Below, one piece after another: positions 19,403 through 28,553 of a DNA stretch of 64,000 nucleotides. Origin of the DNA: Thermoplasmata archaeon (lineage in GTDB: Archaea > Thermoplasmatota > Thermoplasmata > Lutacidiplasmatales > UBA184); the NCBI GenBank assembly GCA_052326305.1, contig JBKQPJ010000008.1, positions 28,498 to 92,497 of the forward strand, written 5' to 3'. The notes below the pieces were generated by a model that worked only from the letters and a program-made list of their open reading frames with translations, was not told the DNA's origin and made no database searches. The position numbers and the translations under genes are program-made. How positions within the stretch are numbered: position 1 is the stretch's first letter; each line of letters opens with the position of its first letter.

Positions 19403-19581
19403 CGGAGTCGCTCCTGCGCGTGTGCCGGCCCTGCGGCCGCTACACGTTCCGCGCCCAGTGCCCCGACTGCTCGAACCCGACCCGCACGCCCCACCCCGCG
19501 CGGTTCGACTCGAGCGACCGGTACGGGAAGTACCGCCGTCGCCTGCTGGCGGCGACCGCGATGCCGACCCGGACGGAGTGA
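19399..19581 (+). CDS. nop10: H/ACA RNP protein Nop10
   Basis: C..CGRYT....CP.C...T..PHPARF...DRYGKYRR; follows eIF2a. Confidence 0.95.
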   Translation: MTESLLRVCRPCGRYTFRAQCPDCSNPTRTPHPARFDSSDRYGKYRRRLLAATAMPTRTE

Positions 19582-19587
19582 TCACGT

Positions 19588-20112
19588 ATGGCAGCCGCGA
19601 TCCACCGGATCAAGGTCGTGAACGACGTGAGCGACCTCGTGCCGATCCTGCGGGCGGTCGACTCCCCGGTGAAGCTGAAGCTCGTGCAGCGGCTCGGCGA
19701 GGAGTGGCTCACGCTCGAGGACGTCGAGAAGCATTTCGGCAAGGACGGCGTGAAGGCGCTCGCCTTCTTCGAGAAGCTCCGGCTGATCGACACGCGCTGG
19801 GTCGCCCGCGAGGGCCGGCGCCAGCCGGACAAGAGCTACCACTTCTACTACTCGACGATCAACATCAACACGACGAGCCCCCTCGTCGAGATCTCCGAGG
19901 TGCTCGCCATCGCCACGATGGGCACGAAGGAGTACACGAAGCTCGAGCAGCGGATCTACGAGGCGGCCGGCCCCGACGGACGGTTCTTCTCCGACATCGC
20001 GGAGGAGCTCGGGATGTCCCCGACCCGCCTCAAGGGCCTCGTCAAGCGTTCCGAGAAGCTGGAGTACCGTGGGCATCGGATCGAGCGGTTCCAGGCGGAA
20101 GTCGACGCGTAG
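19588..20112 (+). CDS. Archaeal ArsR-like winged-helix protein
   Basis: VVND.SDLVP.L, W.T.E, LI.T.W, P.K.YH..Y, KRS..LE.RG pattern of the conserved archaeal ArsR-type family. Confidence 0.75.
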   Translation: MAAAIHRIKVVNDVSDLVPILRAVDSPVKLKLVQRLGEEWLTLEDVEKHFGKDGVKALAFFEKLRLIDTRWVAREGRRQPDKSYHFYYSTININTTSPLVEISEVLAIATMGTKEYTKLEQRIYEAAGPDGRFFSDIAEELGMSPTRLKGLVKRSEKLEYRGHRIERFQAEVDA

Positions 20113-20131
20113 ACCGCGCCCCGGGCCCTCG

Positions 20132-20653
20132 GTGCTCCGGATCGGCCACCGGCCCGGCCGGGACCCCCGGCTCACGACCCATCTCGCGCTCACGGCCCGC
20201 GCCTTCGGCGCGCGCCGGATGTACCTCCACCCGCCCGACCCGGATCTCGCCGAGCGCCTGCGCCGGGTGGTCGACGGCTGGGGCGGCGACTTCGAGATCG
20301 TCCCCGCGCCGGACTGGCGGAAAGTGGTGCGCGAGCACCGGGGGACGGTCGTCCACCTCACGATGTACGGTCTCCCGCTCGAGCGCGTGCTCCCCCGGCT
20401 GCGGAGGGGCGGGGAGATCCTGTTCGTCGTCGGCGGCGCGAAGGTCCCGGCCGACCTCTACGCGCTCGCGGGGCTCAACGTCGCGGTCGGTCACCAGCCG
20501 CACAGCGAGGTCGCCGCCCTCGCCGTCGTCCTCGAGCGGCTGCGCGGGGTCCCGGGGCCCGAGCCGCTCCCGGGGGCGCGTCGCCGCATCGTCCCGACCG
20601 AGCGCGGGAAGCGCGTCCGTTCGCGGGGGAGGGACGGCCGATGGAGCCGCTAG
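20132..20653 (+). CDS. trm56: tRNA (cytidine56-2'-O)-methyltransferase
   Basis: LRIGHRP.RD.R.TTH.ALTARAFGA, VHLTMYG, N.AVG.QPHSEVAALA; start approximate. Confidence 0.95.
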   Translation: MLRIGHRPGRDPRLTTHLALTARAFGARRMYLHPPDPDLAERLRRVVDGWGGDFEIVPAPDWRKVVREHRGTVVHLTMYGLPLERVLPRLRRGGEILFVVGGAKVPADLYALAGLNVAVGHQPHSEVAALAVVLERLRGVPGPEPLPGARRRIVPTERGKRVRSRGRDGRWSR

Positions 20654-21630
20654 CCCCGATCCCGCCGCGCCCGCTCCCGGTCTCGGCAATCGCTCCGGGG
20701 AAGTGCATCGTCTTCGGGGAGCATGCGGTCGTGCACGGCGCTCCGGAGCTCCTGCTCGCGATCGATCTCACGACCCAGACGCTCGTCCGCCCCGCGCCAC
20801 GGGGGACGACGATCCTCAACGCCGACCGGGAGGCGCTCGCGCACAATCCGTACTTCCGGGAGGCGATGAGCCGCGCCTGGGAGCGGTCCGCCCCCCCGGT
20901 AGAGGTCCGGAGCGTCTCGCGGATCCCCCGCGCTGCCGGGCTCGGGTCGTCGGCCGCCTTCGCCGCGTCGCTCTCGGCGGCGTTCGGCGCGGCGACCGGC
21001 GGGATCGACCGCCCGGGCCTCGCCCAGCGGGCGTTCGACATCGAGCGGGCGGCCCAGGGGGTCGGTAGCCCCGGGGACACCTCGGCGAGCGTCGCGGGGG
21101 GGTACGTCTCTCTCAACGGCGGCTCCGGCGATCTCCTCTGGACGGTGACCGCCGCCGAGCAGAAGTGGGAGGTGCGTCGGGTCGAGGACCCCCGGTGGCT
21201 CTGGGTCGTCGCGCACACCGGCATCGCGCGCGCGACCGGCCCGGCGGTGCGCGCCGTCGGCGAACGGTTCCGGGCGGCGGGCGGGGCGGCGCTCCTCGAG
21301 GAGTTCGCGGCCCTCGCGCGGGAGGGGATCGCCGCCGTCGGTCGCGGGGACCGCGTCCGCACCGCCGAGCTGATGCGCCGCAACCAGGAGCTGCTCGTCG
21401 AGGTCGGGGTCTCGCATCCCCGCCTCGAGGCCCTCCTCGCCGCCGCCGCCCCGGCCGCGGAAGCGGCGAAGATCACGGGCGCCGGCGGGGGCGGGTCGAT
21501 CGTCGCCCTTCCCGTGCCCGGAAGCGAGTCGGACCTCGTCCGCCGGCTCGCCCGAGCCGGCGGGCTCCCGTTCGTCGTCCAGCCGTCCGCGCGCGGCGCC
21601 GAGCTGCTCGAAGGGCCGGTGCCGTCCTAA
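20641..21630 (+). CDS. mvk: Mevalonate kinase (GHMP family)
   Basis: APGK.I.FGEHAVVHG, IP..AGLGSSAA, S..DT, KITGAGGGGS. Confidence 0.85.
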   Translation: MEPLAPIPPRPLPVSAIAPGKCIVFGEHAVVHGAPELLLAIDLTTQTLVRPAPRGTTILNADREALAHNPYFREAMSRAWERSAPPVEVRSVSRIPRAAGLGSSAAFAASLSAAFGAATGGIDRPGLAQRAFDIERAAQGVGSPGDTSASVAGGYVSLNGGSGDLLWTVTAAEQKWEVRRVEDPRWLWVVAHTGIARATGPAVRAVGERFRAAGGAALLEEFAALAREGIAAVGRGDRVRTAELMRRNQELLVEVGVSHPRLEALLAAAAPAAEAAKITGAGGGGSIVALPVPGSESDLVRRLARAGGLPFVVQPSARGAELLEGPVPS

Positions 21631-21643
21631 CGGACCGGCCCGT

Positions 21644-22840
21644 TCACTTGCGCGCGACGATCCGCACGACGGAGTTCGGCTCCATCGGGTGGTCGGCGGC
21701 GAGCGCGCGGTGCGTCCGGCCGTCGATCGCCCGGATGAACTGCTCCCCGAGGTCGGTGTGCACGCGGTACGCGAGCGCCCGCGCCGGGATCCCCGCGGGG
21801 ACCAGCAGCGCGTCCGGGAGGACGCGGCCCTTGCTGTCCGTCCAGTGCGTCTCGTCCTCCACCGGATAGACGACCATCCGGCCGAGCCGGGTGAAGACGG
21901 TCGTTTCGAGCGCCTCTTGGACGCCGGTCGTGCCCCATTCGTGGAGGACGCGCCGGATCTCCGCGAGCGCGGCGGTCTGGCCCGGGCTCAGGCGGGCCGG
22001 GTCGCGGACCGTGAAGGCGGTGTCGCCGGGCCGGTAGTCGACCATGCCGGCCCGGGCCGCGCGTCGCAGCGTGAGCTCGGCGTCGGCGGCCGTCGGGACG
22101 AAGGGAAGAGGTCGGATCCCCTCGCCGAGCAGCGCGGCCTGGGCGCGCGTCGCGCGATCGCATTTGTTCGCGGCCACGAGCCTCGGCTTCGAGGAGCGGA
22201 GGAGCTCGCGGGCGAGATCGAGACGCTGCTCGTCGGTCCAGTGGGCGGGGTGGTCGCGCTCGACGGGGGCGTTGCGCAGGGCCGTCATCACCGCCGGCGT
22301 GGGGATCGAGAGGCCCGCGAGCCGCTCGGTCAGGAACTCCTCGACCTTCCGGCCCTCGAGCTCCACGCCCTTCGCCTGACGCACGAAATCGCGGCCCAGC
22401 ACCTCGGCGATCCACGCGACGAGCTCCTCCTCGAGCCATCCGACCTCCTGGGCGGGGTCGTGCGATCCGGGAGCGACGATCTGACCCTCGGCGTCGGTCG
22501 CCCCGCTCAGGTCGACGACCTGGACGAACCCGTCGGCCTGCCGGAGATCGTCGAGGAACTTGTGGCCGAGACCCTTGCCCTCGTGGGCGCCGGGGACGAG
22601 GCCCGGAACATCGACGAGGGCGACGGGCACCCATCGGGTCCCGTCGACGCATTTCGCGTTGCCCGGATGGCACTGCGGTCCCTTCTCGTGGTGGGGGCAC
22701 GGCGCCCGCACGGCCGACACCCCCCGGTTCGGCGCGATCGTCGTGAAGGGGTACGGGGCCATCGGAACCTCGAGGAGCGTGAGGGCGTTGAAGAACGTCG
22801 ACTTCCCGACGTTCGGCTTGCCCACGACCCCTACTTCCAT
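21644..22840 (-). CDS. ychF: YchF/OBG-family GTPase (archaeal type)
   Basis: GKPNVGKSTFF, YPFTTI.PN, DV.GLVPGAH.GKGLG..FLDDL, C-terminal TGS. Confidence 0.93.
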   Translation of the reverse strand: MEVGVVGKPNVGKSTFFNALTLLEVPMAPYPFTTIAPNRGVSAVRAPCPHHEKGPQCHPGNAKCVDGTRWVPVALVDVPGLVPGAHEGKGLGHKFLDDLRQADGFVQVVDLSGATDAEGQIVAPGSHDPAQEVGWLEEELVAWIAEVLGRDFVRQAKGVELEGRKVEEFLTERLAGLSIPTPAVMTALRNAPVERDHPAHWTDEQRLDLARELLRSSKPRLVAANKCDRATRAQAALLGEGIRPLPFVPTAADAELTLRRAARAGMVDYRPGDTAFTVRDPARLSPGQTAALAEIRRVLHEWGTTGVQEALETTVFTRLGRMVVYPVEDETHWTDSKGRVLPDALLVPAGIPARALAYRVHTDLGEQFIRAIDGRTHRALAADHPMEPNSVVRIVARK

Positions 22841-22862
22841 CTTCGGATCGCTCCTACCGTCC

Positions 22863-23438
22863 TCAGACCGTGTAGTTCGGCGGGGTCTCGACCACGCCCA
22901 GAGCGTGGTTCGTGGCGAGCGCGAGGGCGAAGAGGAGGTCGCTCAGGCGGTTCGCCCACGCGAGGAGGTCGGCGGAGAGCGGCTCGTCCCGGTGGAGCGC
23001 GAAGAGCTCGCGCTCGGCCCGTCGCGAGATGGTGCGACAGACGTGGAGCGCCGACGCCGGCATCGAGCCCCCGGGGACCACAAAGCTGCGGGTCGGGGGA
23101 TGTTCCGCCTCGAACCGGTCGATCTCATGCTCGAGCCGTTCGGTGTGCGCCGCCGTGAGGTGATGCTTCGCACCGGCCCCGTTCGGAGCGGCGGCCAGCT
23201 CGGCCTGGGCCACGAACACCTCGTCCTGGAGTCGCCGAACGACCGTCCGGATCTCCCCGAGCGACTCGGGGAGCGTTGCCAGGGCCACGCCGAGGTGGGC
23301 GCCGAGCTCGTCGTACGCGCCGTAGGCGCGGATCCGCAGGGCGTCCTTCGCTAGACGGACGCCACCCGCGAGACCGGTCGTTCCACGGTCGCCCGTACGG
23401 GTATAGAGACGCGGGATCCTCTCGCCTCCGGCCGCCAC
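22863..23438 (-). CDS. pduO: Cob(I)alamin adenosyltransferase (PduO type)
   Basis: LYTRTGD.GTT.L, AYG..DEL, FV.PGG, LHVCRT..RRAER, NRLSDLLF; GTG 23438 or TTG 23480 start. Confidence 0.92.
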   Translation of the reverse strand: MAAGGERIPRLYTRTGDRGTTGLAGGVRLAKDALRIRAYGAYDELGAHLGVALATLPESLGEIRTVVRRLQDEVFVAQAELAAAPNGAGAKHHLTAAHTERLEHEIDRFEAEHPPTRSFVVPGGSMPASALHVCRTISRRAERELFALHRDEPLSADLLAWANRLSDLLFALALATNHALGVVETPPNYTV

Positions 23439-23590
23439 GGCAGCTGATCCAAGGGGGAGCTCAGACCGTGGACGGGGCAATACGAGATGTGGAGCACCTC
23501 ATTATGCTTGGCGTCCTGACGGCACAGTCGGCAAATGAATCCGCTTCGCTCGCTCCAGGCGATCCCCATCGCTCCTACGGTTGCTGCCAT
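23351..23590 (-). CDS. Putative zinc-finger microprotein (CxxC...CPxH)
   Basis: FICRLC...SYCPVHG; ATG 15 nt after the RHH stop; 3' end overlaps pduO. Confidence 0.5.
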   Translation of the reverse strand: MAATVGAMGIAWSERSGFICRLCRQDAKHNEVLHISYCPVHGLSSPLDQLPWRPEARGSRVSIPVRATVERPVSRVASV

Positions 23591-23605
23591 CCCTTGTCCC
23601 GGGGG

Positions 23606-24004
23606 CTAGCGCCGGAGGAGCCCCCGCCCCTCCCGATCCGCTCGTCGTCGTCCCTCACGTCGCTCGCTCGCCGCGCGCGCGTGGTTCCGCAGCGCGGGCA
23701 GCCGCTCGCCGTAGGTCCGGGCTAGCTCCGAGATCCCGATGTGGACGGCGAGCGAGAGCGCGCCGTCGTAGTTCGGGGCATACCCTTGCTCGACCAGCTC
23801 TTCGAGCTCGTTCCGCAGGGTCGCGGGGAGCTCGGTGACGGAGGGCCGCTCCTTCGCGGCCTCCCGGACGAGGGCGCGCACCGCTTCCGAGCGGCTCGCG
23901 AACTCGCGGCTCTGGCGGATCTGGTCGAGAAGGGCCTCCTCCTCGGTCGTCAGGCGCACGCCGAGGAAACGGGTCGCGGGAGCGTCGGCCCGAGCGTTTC
24001 GCAC
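23606..24004 (-). CDS. Ribbon-helix-helix (CopG-like) DNA-binding protein, possibly tandem RHH
   Basis: FLGVRLT.EE..LLD.......SRSEAVR.LV, then a second unit ELP..L..ELEELV..GY. Confidence 0.8.
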   Translation of the reverse strand: MRNARADAPATRFLGVRLTTEEEALLDQIRQSREFASRSEAVRALVREAAKERPSVTELPATLRNELEELVEQGYAPNYDGALSLAVHIGISELARTYGERLPALRNHARAASERREGRRRADREGRGLLRR

Positions 24005-24045
24005 GGCGTTTAACAGAATTTAACGAATACTTATCCTTTGTGCCG

Positions 24046-24082
24046 TTTCGTTAAACGAAGGGGGCAAGGCGTCTCCGAACCC
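24046..24082 (+). repeat. Target copy 1 (TTTCGTTAAACGAA) plus left TIR of cassette 1
   Basis: 14-bp core 24046-24059, then GGGGGCAAGGCGTCTCCGAACCC at 24060-24082. Confidence 0.85.
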
Positions 24083-24427
24083 GGCGAGCACCGATCGCCA
24101 GCCCCACGGAGTCCGCTTGAAGCTGCAGGACGTCCCGTGCCCGCCCACGCGCCAGCACCCGGTTCGGTGAACGACCGAACTGCGCGAGGAGACGTCGGTC
24201 ACGCCGGTGCCGTTCGCGCCGGAGCATCCGACGAGAGACGCGATCTAGGCGTTCTGAAGTTCTCGGTCGCGGGGCCGTCGGGTGGAAGTACCCGTGACCG
24301 GACGGCCGAAACCAAGGGGCGGGCCCGGCGATAGAGCACGCGGTCACGAAGATGGGGGGGACCTTCGCTAAGCTACTTGAGAAGGGATGGCCTGAGCTCG
24401 CCGAGGCGAGGGCGTAGAGGCGCGTAG

Positions 24428-25021
24428 ATGTCGAGAAAGATCACCGCCAGTCTGTACATGACACTTGACGGCCGCGGAGCGTTCCCGAAGTACCCGGGTT
24501 CCGACCGGCAGACGACCGAGGCCAACGAAATGTGGCGCGAGATGTGGCTGAATCGGTTCGACGATGACACGACCGTCATCATGGGCCGCCGGTCGTTCCT
24601 TGGTCATCGACGCGTCTGGACCGAGAAAGCACGAATAGCGAGCGACCCGAAGTACTTGATCGATTACTCTCGGTGGCTCGACCACGTCGACAAGGTCTGT
24701 CTGTCGAACCGCTTGAAGTCCCCGGGATGGGAGAACTCCCGGATCATGAAGGGCGACCTTTCCAAGATCGTTGCCAAGGTGAAGCGCGAGAAGGGCGGGA
24801 ACATCATCGCGGAGGGGGGCCCGCGACTGATCCTCGAGTTCCTCCGGCGGGGGCTCGCGGACGATTACTGGCTCGTCGTGCAGCCCGTGGTCTACGGGAA
24901 AGGGCCTCAGTACTGGGGTCCGATGAAAGCGCAAGCGACCCTCAGGCTCCTCTCGTCGACGACCATGGAAGACGGGGAGTTGATGCTCCACTACGAAATG
25001 GTTCGAGGATTCCGCGCCTAG
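24428..25021 (+). CDS. Dihydrofolate reductase / RibD C-terminal family protein
   Basis: RKI.AS...TLDG, IMGRRS, K...S..L, GGNI..EGG..L, L.DDY.L.V.PVV.G.G. Confidence 0.88.
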   Translation: MSRKITASLYMTLDGRGAFPKYPGSDRQTTEANEMWREMWLNRFDDDTTVIMGRRSFLGHRRVWTEKARIASDPKYLIDYSRWLDHVDKVCLSNRLKSPGWENSRIMKGDLSKIVAKVKREKGGNIIAEGGPRLILEFLRRGLADDYWLVVQPVVYGKGPQYWGPMKAQATLRLLSSTTMEDGELMLHYEMVRGFRA

Positions 25022-25196
25022 TGCGACCGGCGACCGCTGGGACCTGGGCGGGTCCCGTGCGCAGAGGGCGGCGCGAGGGGAGGGAGGCGTCCGGCCTCGC
25101 ATCACGAGGGTCGGAACGAGGGGGGGCACCAATGGGGCCCCGTACTCACAACCCCTGGCGGGGTACAAGTAGGCCCGTCGGCTCCGTCCGCGGGCC

Positions 25197-26306
25197 ATGC
25201 CGGAGACCCCCTCGAAGCTGCAGCGCAGCGCCGCCCGCAACATCGTGGCCAAGTACCTCAAGGTCCGAGCGGGAGAGAACGCGATCATCGAGTCGTGGGA
25301 CCACACGATGGCCATGGCCACGGCGATGGTCGATGAGGTCCGCCGAGCGGGCGGCCGCGTCCTCCTCGTCCACGAGGACGAGGACGCGTGGTGGCGCGCG
25401 GTCGACCGAAAGCAGAGCAAGCTCCTCGGCCAGTCGAGCGCCCCGGAGTGGGCGGCGTTGAAAGCCGCGGATGTGTACGTGAATTTCTGGGGTCCGGGCG
25501 ACACCGACCGCATCGAGGATCTTCCCGAGAAGACCTTCGACGAAGCGCTCGCCTGGAACTGGCCCTGGTACGCGGTCGCCCGGAAGGCGGGGCTCCGCGG
25601 CGGGCGGATGACCGTTGGGTTCGTGACGGAGGGACGGGCCAAGAAGTGGGGCGTGGACCTCGCCCAGTGGGAGGAAGGCGTGCTGCGGGCATCTCTCGTC
25701 GACCCGGAGGAGACGGCGAAGAGCGGGGCTCGGCTCTGCCAGGCGCTCTCCCGCGGGAAGAAGGTGCGGATCTCGCACTCGAACGGAACCGACCTGGAAG
25801 TCGCCCTCGGGGGGGTCGCTCCACGGTTGCACGACGGGAGACCCCACCCCTATCACAAGGGAGACTCCACCTCTGGGATGCTGCAGCAGATACCCGCCGG
25901 AACTGTCGAGGTGGCCCTCGACTCCAAAACCGCGGAGGGGAGCTTCCACGCCAACCGCCGGACCAATATCTGGTGGAACGTGCACACGGGGGGAACGCTC
26001 GAATTCGCTGCCGGTAAACTTTCCTCGTACTCCTTCGAGGAGGGCGAGGAAAATTTTGCCCGTCAGTACTCGAACGGCACGGCGGGCAAGGACCGTGCCA
26101 GCGTGCTCAAGCTCGGGCTGAACCCGGCCGTCGAGGACGTCCCCAATCTGGAGACCATCGAGCGCGGCGGCGCTACCCTGCAAATCGGGGGGAACCGGTA
26201 TCTGAGGGGCACCAACGGATCGAATTTCTTCACTTGGTTCTCGCTCGCCGGCTCCGAGATCGCGATCGACGGGACTCCGGTCATCCGCTCCGGAAAGCTG
26301 CTCTAG
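25197..26306 (+). CDS. Peptidase M29 (aminopeptidase T)-like protein, divergent
   Basis: A..IV...L.V..GE, VRI...NGTDL, QIPAGTVE..., L.LGLNP, IGGN...G.N pattern; metal ligands look partly altered. Confidence 0.7.
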   Translation: MPETPSKLQRSAARNIVAKYLKVRAGENAIIESWDHTMAMATAMVDEVRRAGGRVLLVHEDEDAWWRAVDRKQSKLLGQSSAPEWAALKAADVYVNFWGPGDTDRIEDLPEKTFDEALAWNWPWYAVARKAGLRGGRMTVGFVTEGRAKKWGVDLAQWEEGVLRASLVDPEETAKSGARLCQALSRGKKVRISHSNGTDLEVALGGVAPRLHDGRPHPYHKGDSTSGMLQQIPAGTVEVALDSKTAEGSFHANRRTNIWWNVHTGGTLEFAAGKLSSYSFEEGEENFARQYSNGTAGKDRASVLKLGLNPAVEDVPNLETIERGGATLQIGGNRYLRGTNGSNFFTWFSLAGSEIAIDGTPVIRSGKLL

Positions 26307-26413
26307 TGCCGCGTCCACCAGCGGCGTGCCGGACGTGAATTGGTCACCCGCGGATTGGATCGAGCCGACGGATGGCCCGGTGGAGGGCCTCCTCCACCGC
26401 TCCCCCCTTCACT

Positions 26414-26474
26414 GGGTTTGGAGACGCCCCGCCCCCTTTCGTCAAACGAACGGGGGCAGGGTGTCTCCCATCCC
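26414..26474. repeat. Cassette junction: right TIR + target copy 2 + left TIR
   Basis: GGGTTTGGAGACGCCCCGCCCCC - TTTCGTCAAACGAAC - GGGGGCAGGGTGTCTCCCATCCC. Confidence 0.85.
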
Positions 26475-26587
26475 CCCACCTCAGCGCCGAGCGGTGGCAT
26501 GGGGGCCTCCTTCGTCCTCCGGGATTTCCCATCCCCCGAGCAGCCGCCGCTCGCCCGGGAGGGAACGGCGCCCACCCCCGAGCCGTG

Positions 26588-27493
26588 TCAGGCGCGGGTG
26601 GACTCCTTGGGGGCGTCGGCGAACAGTTCTTCGAGCGGGTTCCCCATCTCGCGTATCTCCCGGATCCGGACCCCCTGGGACTCGAGCGTGCGGAGGAGGT
26701 CGGGAACGGCCTCGGGGCCCGGGAGCTCCTTGAGGTAGTAGTCGCCCTGCCGCGGGAGCCCGGCCAGCGCGCTCGAGGGTTCGAGGGTACGGATCCCGAG
26801 GACGAAATGCGAGCTTCGGAGGTCGTCGATCCGCCCGAAGAGGGCGATCTGTCCTTCTCGGATGGCCATCACGTACCGACCGATCTCCCTCGCCTCGTAT
26901 AGGTTGTGGGAGGAGTAGAGCACCACTCGCTTGCGGCTGAGATTGAGGACGAGGGCGCGGATCTCGCTCGCGACCTTCGGGTCCAGGTTGCCGGTCGGTT
27001 CGTCCAGGAGATAGATGGGCCGCTCCCGTAGGAAGACGCGCGCGATCGAGACTCGCTTGCGCTGACCGGCGCTGAGTTGCGAGACGTACTGCTCCGCGAG
27101 CGGCCGGATCTCGAGCAGGTCAAGGACGCGCTCTACATCCGACGGGCCGGCCCGCTCGACCAGGGCATAGAAGTTGAGCGCCTCGCGCACCCGGAGTCCA
27201 TCCGGGATACCATCGACGTGCGACAGGTAGTGGACTCGGGTCCCCGCACTCGAACGGTCGAGGGTCCTTCCATCGATCCGAATCGTCCCCTCGTACGGCT
27301 CGAGGATCCCCGAGAGGGTCCGCAGCAGAGTCGTCTTCCCCGCTCCGTTGGGGCCGAGCACGACGTAGATGGCCGGTTCGCTTATCTGAAACGAGATGTG
27401 GCGCAGAACTCGAATTCCGTTGTACCCTGCGCTGACGCCCCGGCACTCGATCGCCGGCCCCGAGCCATTGGACTCGACCGAGGGCGCGCGCAT
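26588..27493 (-). CDS. ABC transporter ATP-binding protein
   Basis: GPNGAGKTT, LSAGQ, LLDEPT, SSH. Confidence 0.95.
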   Translation of the reverse strand: MRAPSVESNGSGPAIECRGVSAGYNGIRVLRHISFQISEPAIYVVLGPNGAGKTTLLRTLSGILEPYEGTIRIDGRTLDRSSAGTRVHYLSHVDGIPDGLRVREALNFYALVERAGPSDVERVLDLLEIRPLAEQYVSQLSAGQRKRVSIARVFLRERPIYLLDEPTGNLDPKVASEIRALVLNLSRKRVVLYSSHNLYEAREIGRYVMAIREGQIALFGRIDDLRSSHFVLGIRTLEPSSALAGLPRQGDYYLKELPGPEAVPDLLRTLESQGVRIREIREMGNPLEELFADAPKESTRA

Positions 27494-27517
27494 GGTCCCT
27501 TCTTCCTCTCCGGTCCG

Positions 27518-28243
27518 CTAGGCGGGCGAGAGGAGGCGCTCTCTCCGCAGGAACCGGCTCAATGTACCCAGCAAGGCGATCACGATGAGGACGACCGCGC
27601 CCACGACCCCCGCGGCGAGAAGCAGCAGCTCCGTTGGCGAGAATATCCCCGCCGCGGCCAGGGCCGTCAACAGGAAGAGGGTCACGAGGGACGGGAGGAT
27701 CCCGATGAGCGGGATCAGGCCGATCGGGCTGTTCATGCCGGCCCTCGGCGAGGAGAGCGAGGTCCAGAGCATCCCGACCGTCGCCGCGAACGCCGGCGAC
27801 GCGATGCTCATGGGGATCGCGTAGAGGAACAGGAGGGTCGCGAACTGGGTCGTGAACGGATGTCCTCGGATCAAGGACGCCCCGACTCCCACCCCCACCG
27901 CCACCGAAAGCACGACCGCGGAGAGCGCGAGCGCCGTCAACAGGAAGGTGACGAAAAGTCGTCGAGGAGTGTATCCGTAGGCGAGGAGGTACTCGAGGAC
28001 CCCTTTGATGCGGTCGTTGGTGAAGACGACCATCGCGCCCATCGATCCCATCACGACGAAGATAGGGAGGACGAACGGGAACGCCGACGCGAACGCCGAC
28101 CCGGGGGAGAGCGCGAGCGATACGCCGAGGACCACCGCGATCCCACTACCGTAGACCAGGAAGAATCGCCCGGTCGTGAACGACCGCCGCACCGTGACCC
28201 CGAGGAGGGAGGGGGCGGCCTCTGAGTTCATCGAGCGGCGCAT
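27518..28243 (-). CDS. ABC-2-type permease
   Basis: About six TM helices, DR.KG.LEYLL motif; upstream of the ABC ATPase. Confidence 0.8.
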   Translation of the reverse strand: MRRSMNSEAAPSLLGVTVRRSFTTGRFFLVYGSGIAVVLGVSLALSPGSAFASAFPFVLPIFVVMGSMGAMVVFTNDRIKGVLEYLLAYGYTPRRLFVTFLLTALALSAVVLSVAVGVGVGASLIRGHPFTTQFATLLFLYAIPMSIASPAFAATVGMLWTSLSSPRAGMNSPIGLIPLIGILPSLVTLFLLTALAAAGIFSPTELLLLAAGVVGAVVLIVIALLGTLSRFLRRERLLSPA

Positions 28244-28553
28244 ACCCCGGGCCGATTAAATCGGGGACTATCGAGGAGTCCGGTGAGCCGCGGGCGGCCA
28301 GTGAGGTTTCGTTCGATGAGCACCGGGGTCCGGTCGGCGGGCCGCCGGTAGCATGACGAAGCCGCGAATCGGGTCGCAGACTACGGTCTCGCACGGGAAT
28401 GCGATGGGACCAGTCTCTGCTAGAAGGTCGCGACCTTGTGGCTCAGAGCGAGCTCTTCGATGCTCACTTTCAAGCAGGCGTCCTGGTCGGAGATTTGCCG
28501 GGGCCTGACGAGGCCCCACGGCCCTAATCCCTTGCCCCCGGATGCGTCGGGCA

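Larger units (their letters stand above)
24060..26436. mobile_element. Putative non-autonomous TIR-bounded cassette 1 (DHFR-like + aminopeptidase cargo)
   Basis: 23-bp inverted termini at 24060-24082 and 26414-26436, flanked by direct 14-bp target copies; no transposase inside. Confidence 0.65.

Noticed and set aside
26414..26474. Simple bidirectional terminator hairpin between convergent genes
   Set aside because: It could act as one, but that does not explain the matching half-copies at 24046 and 28554.
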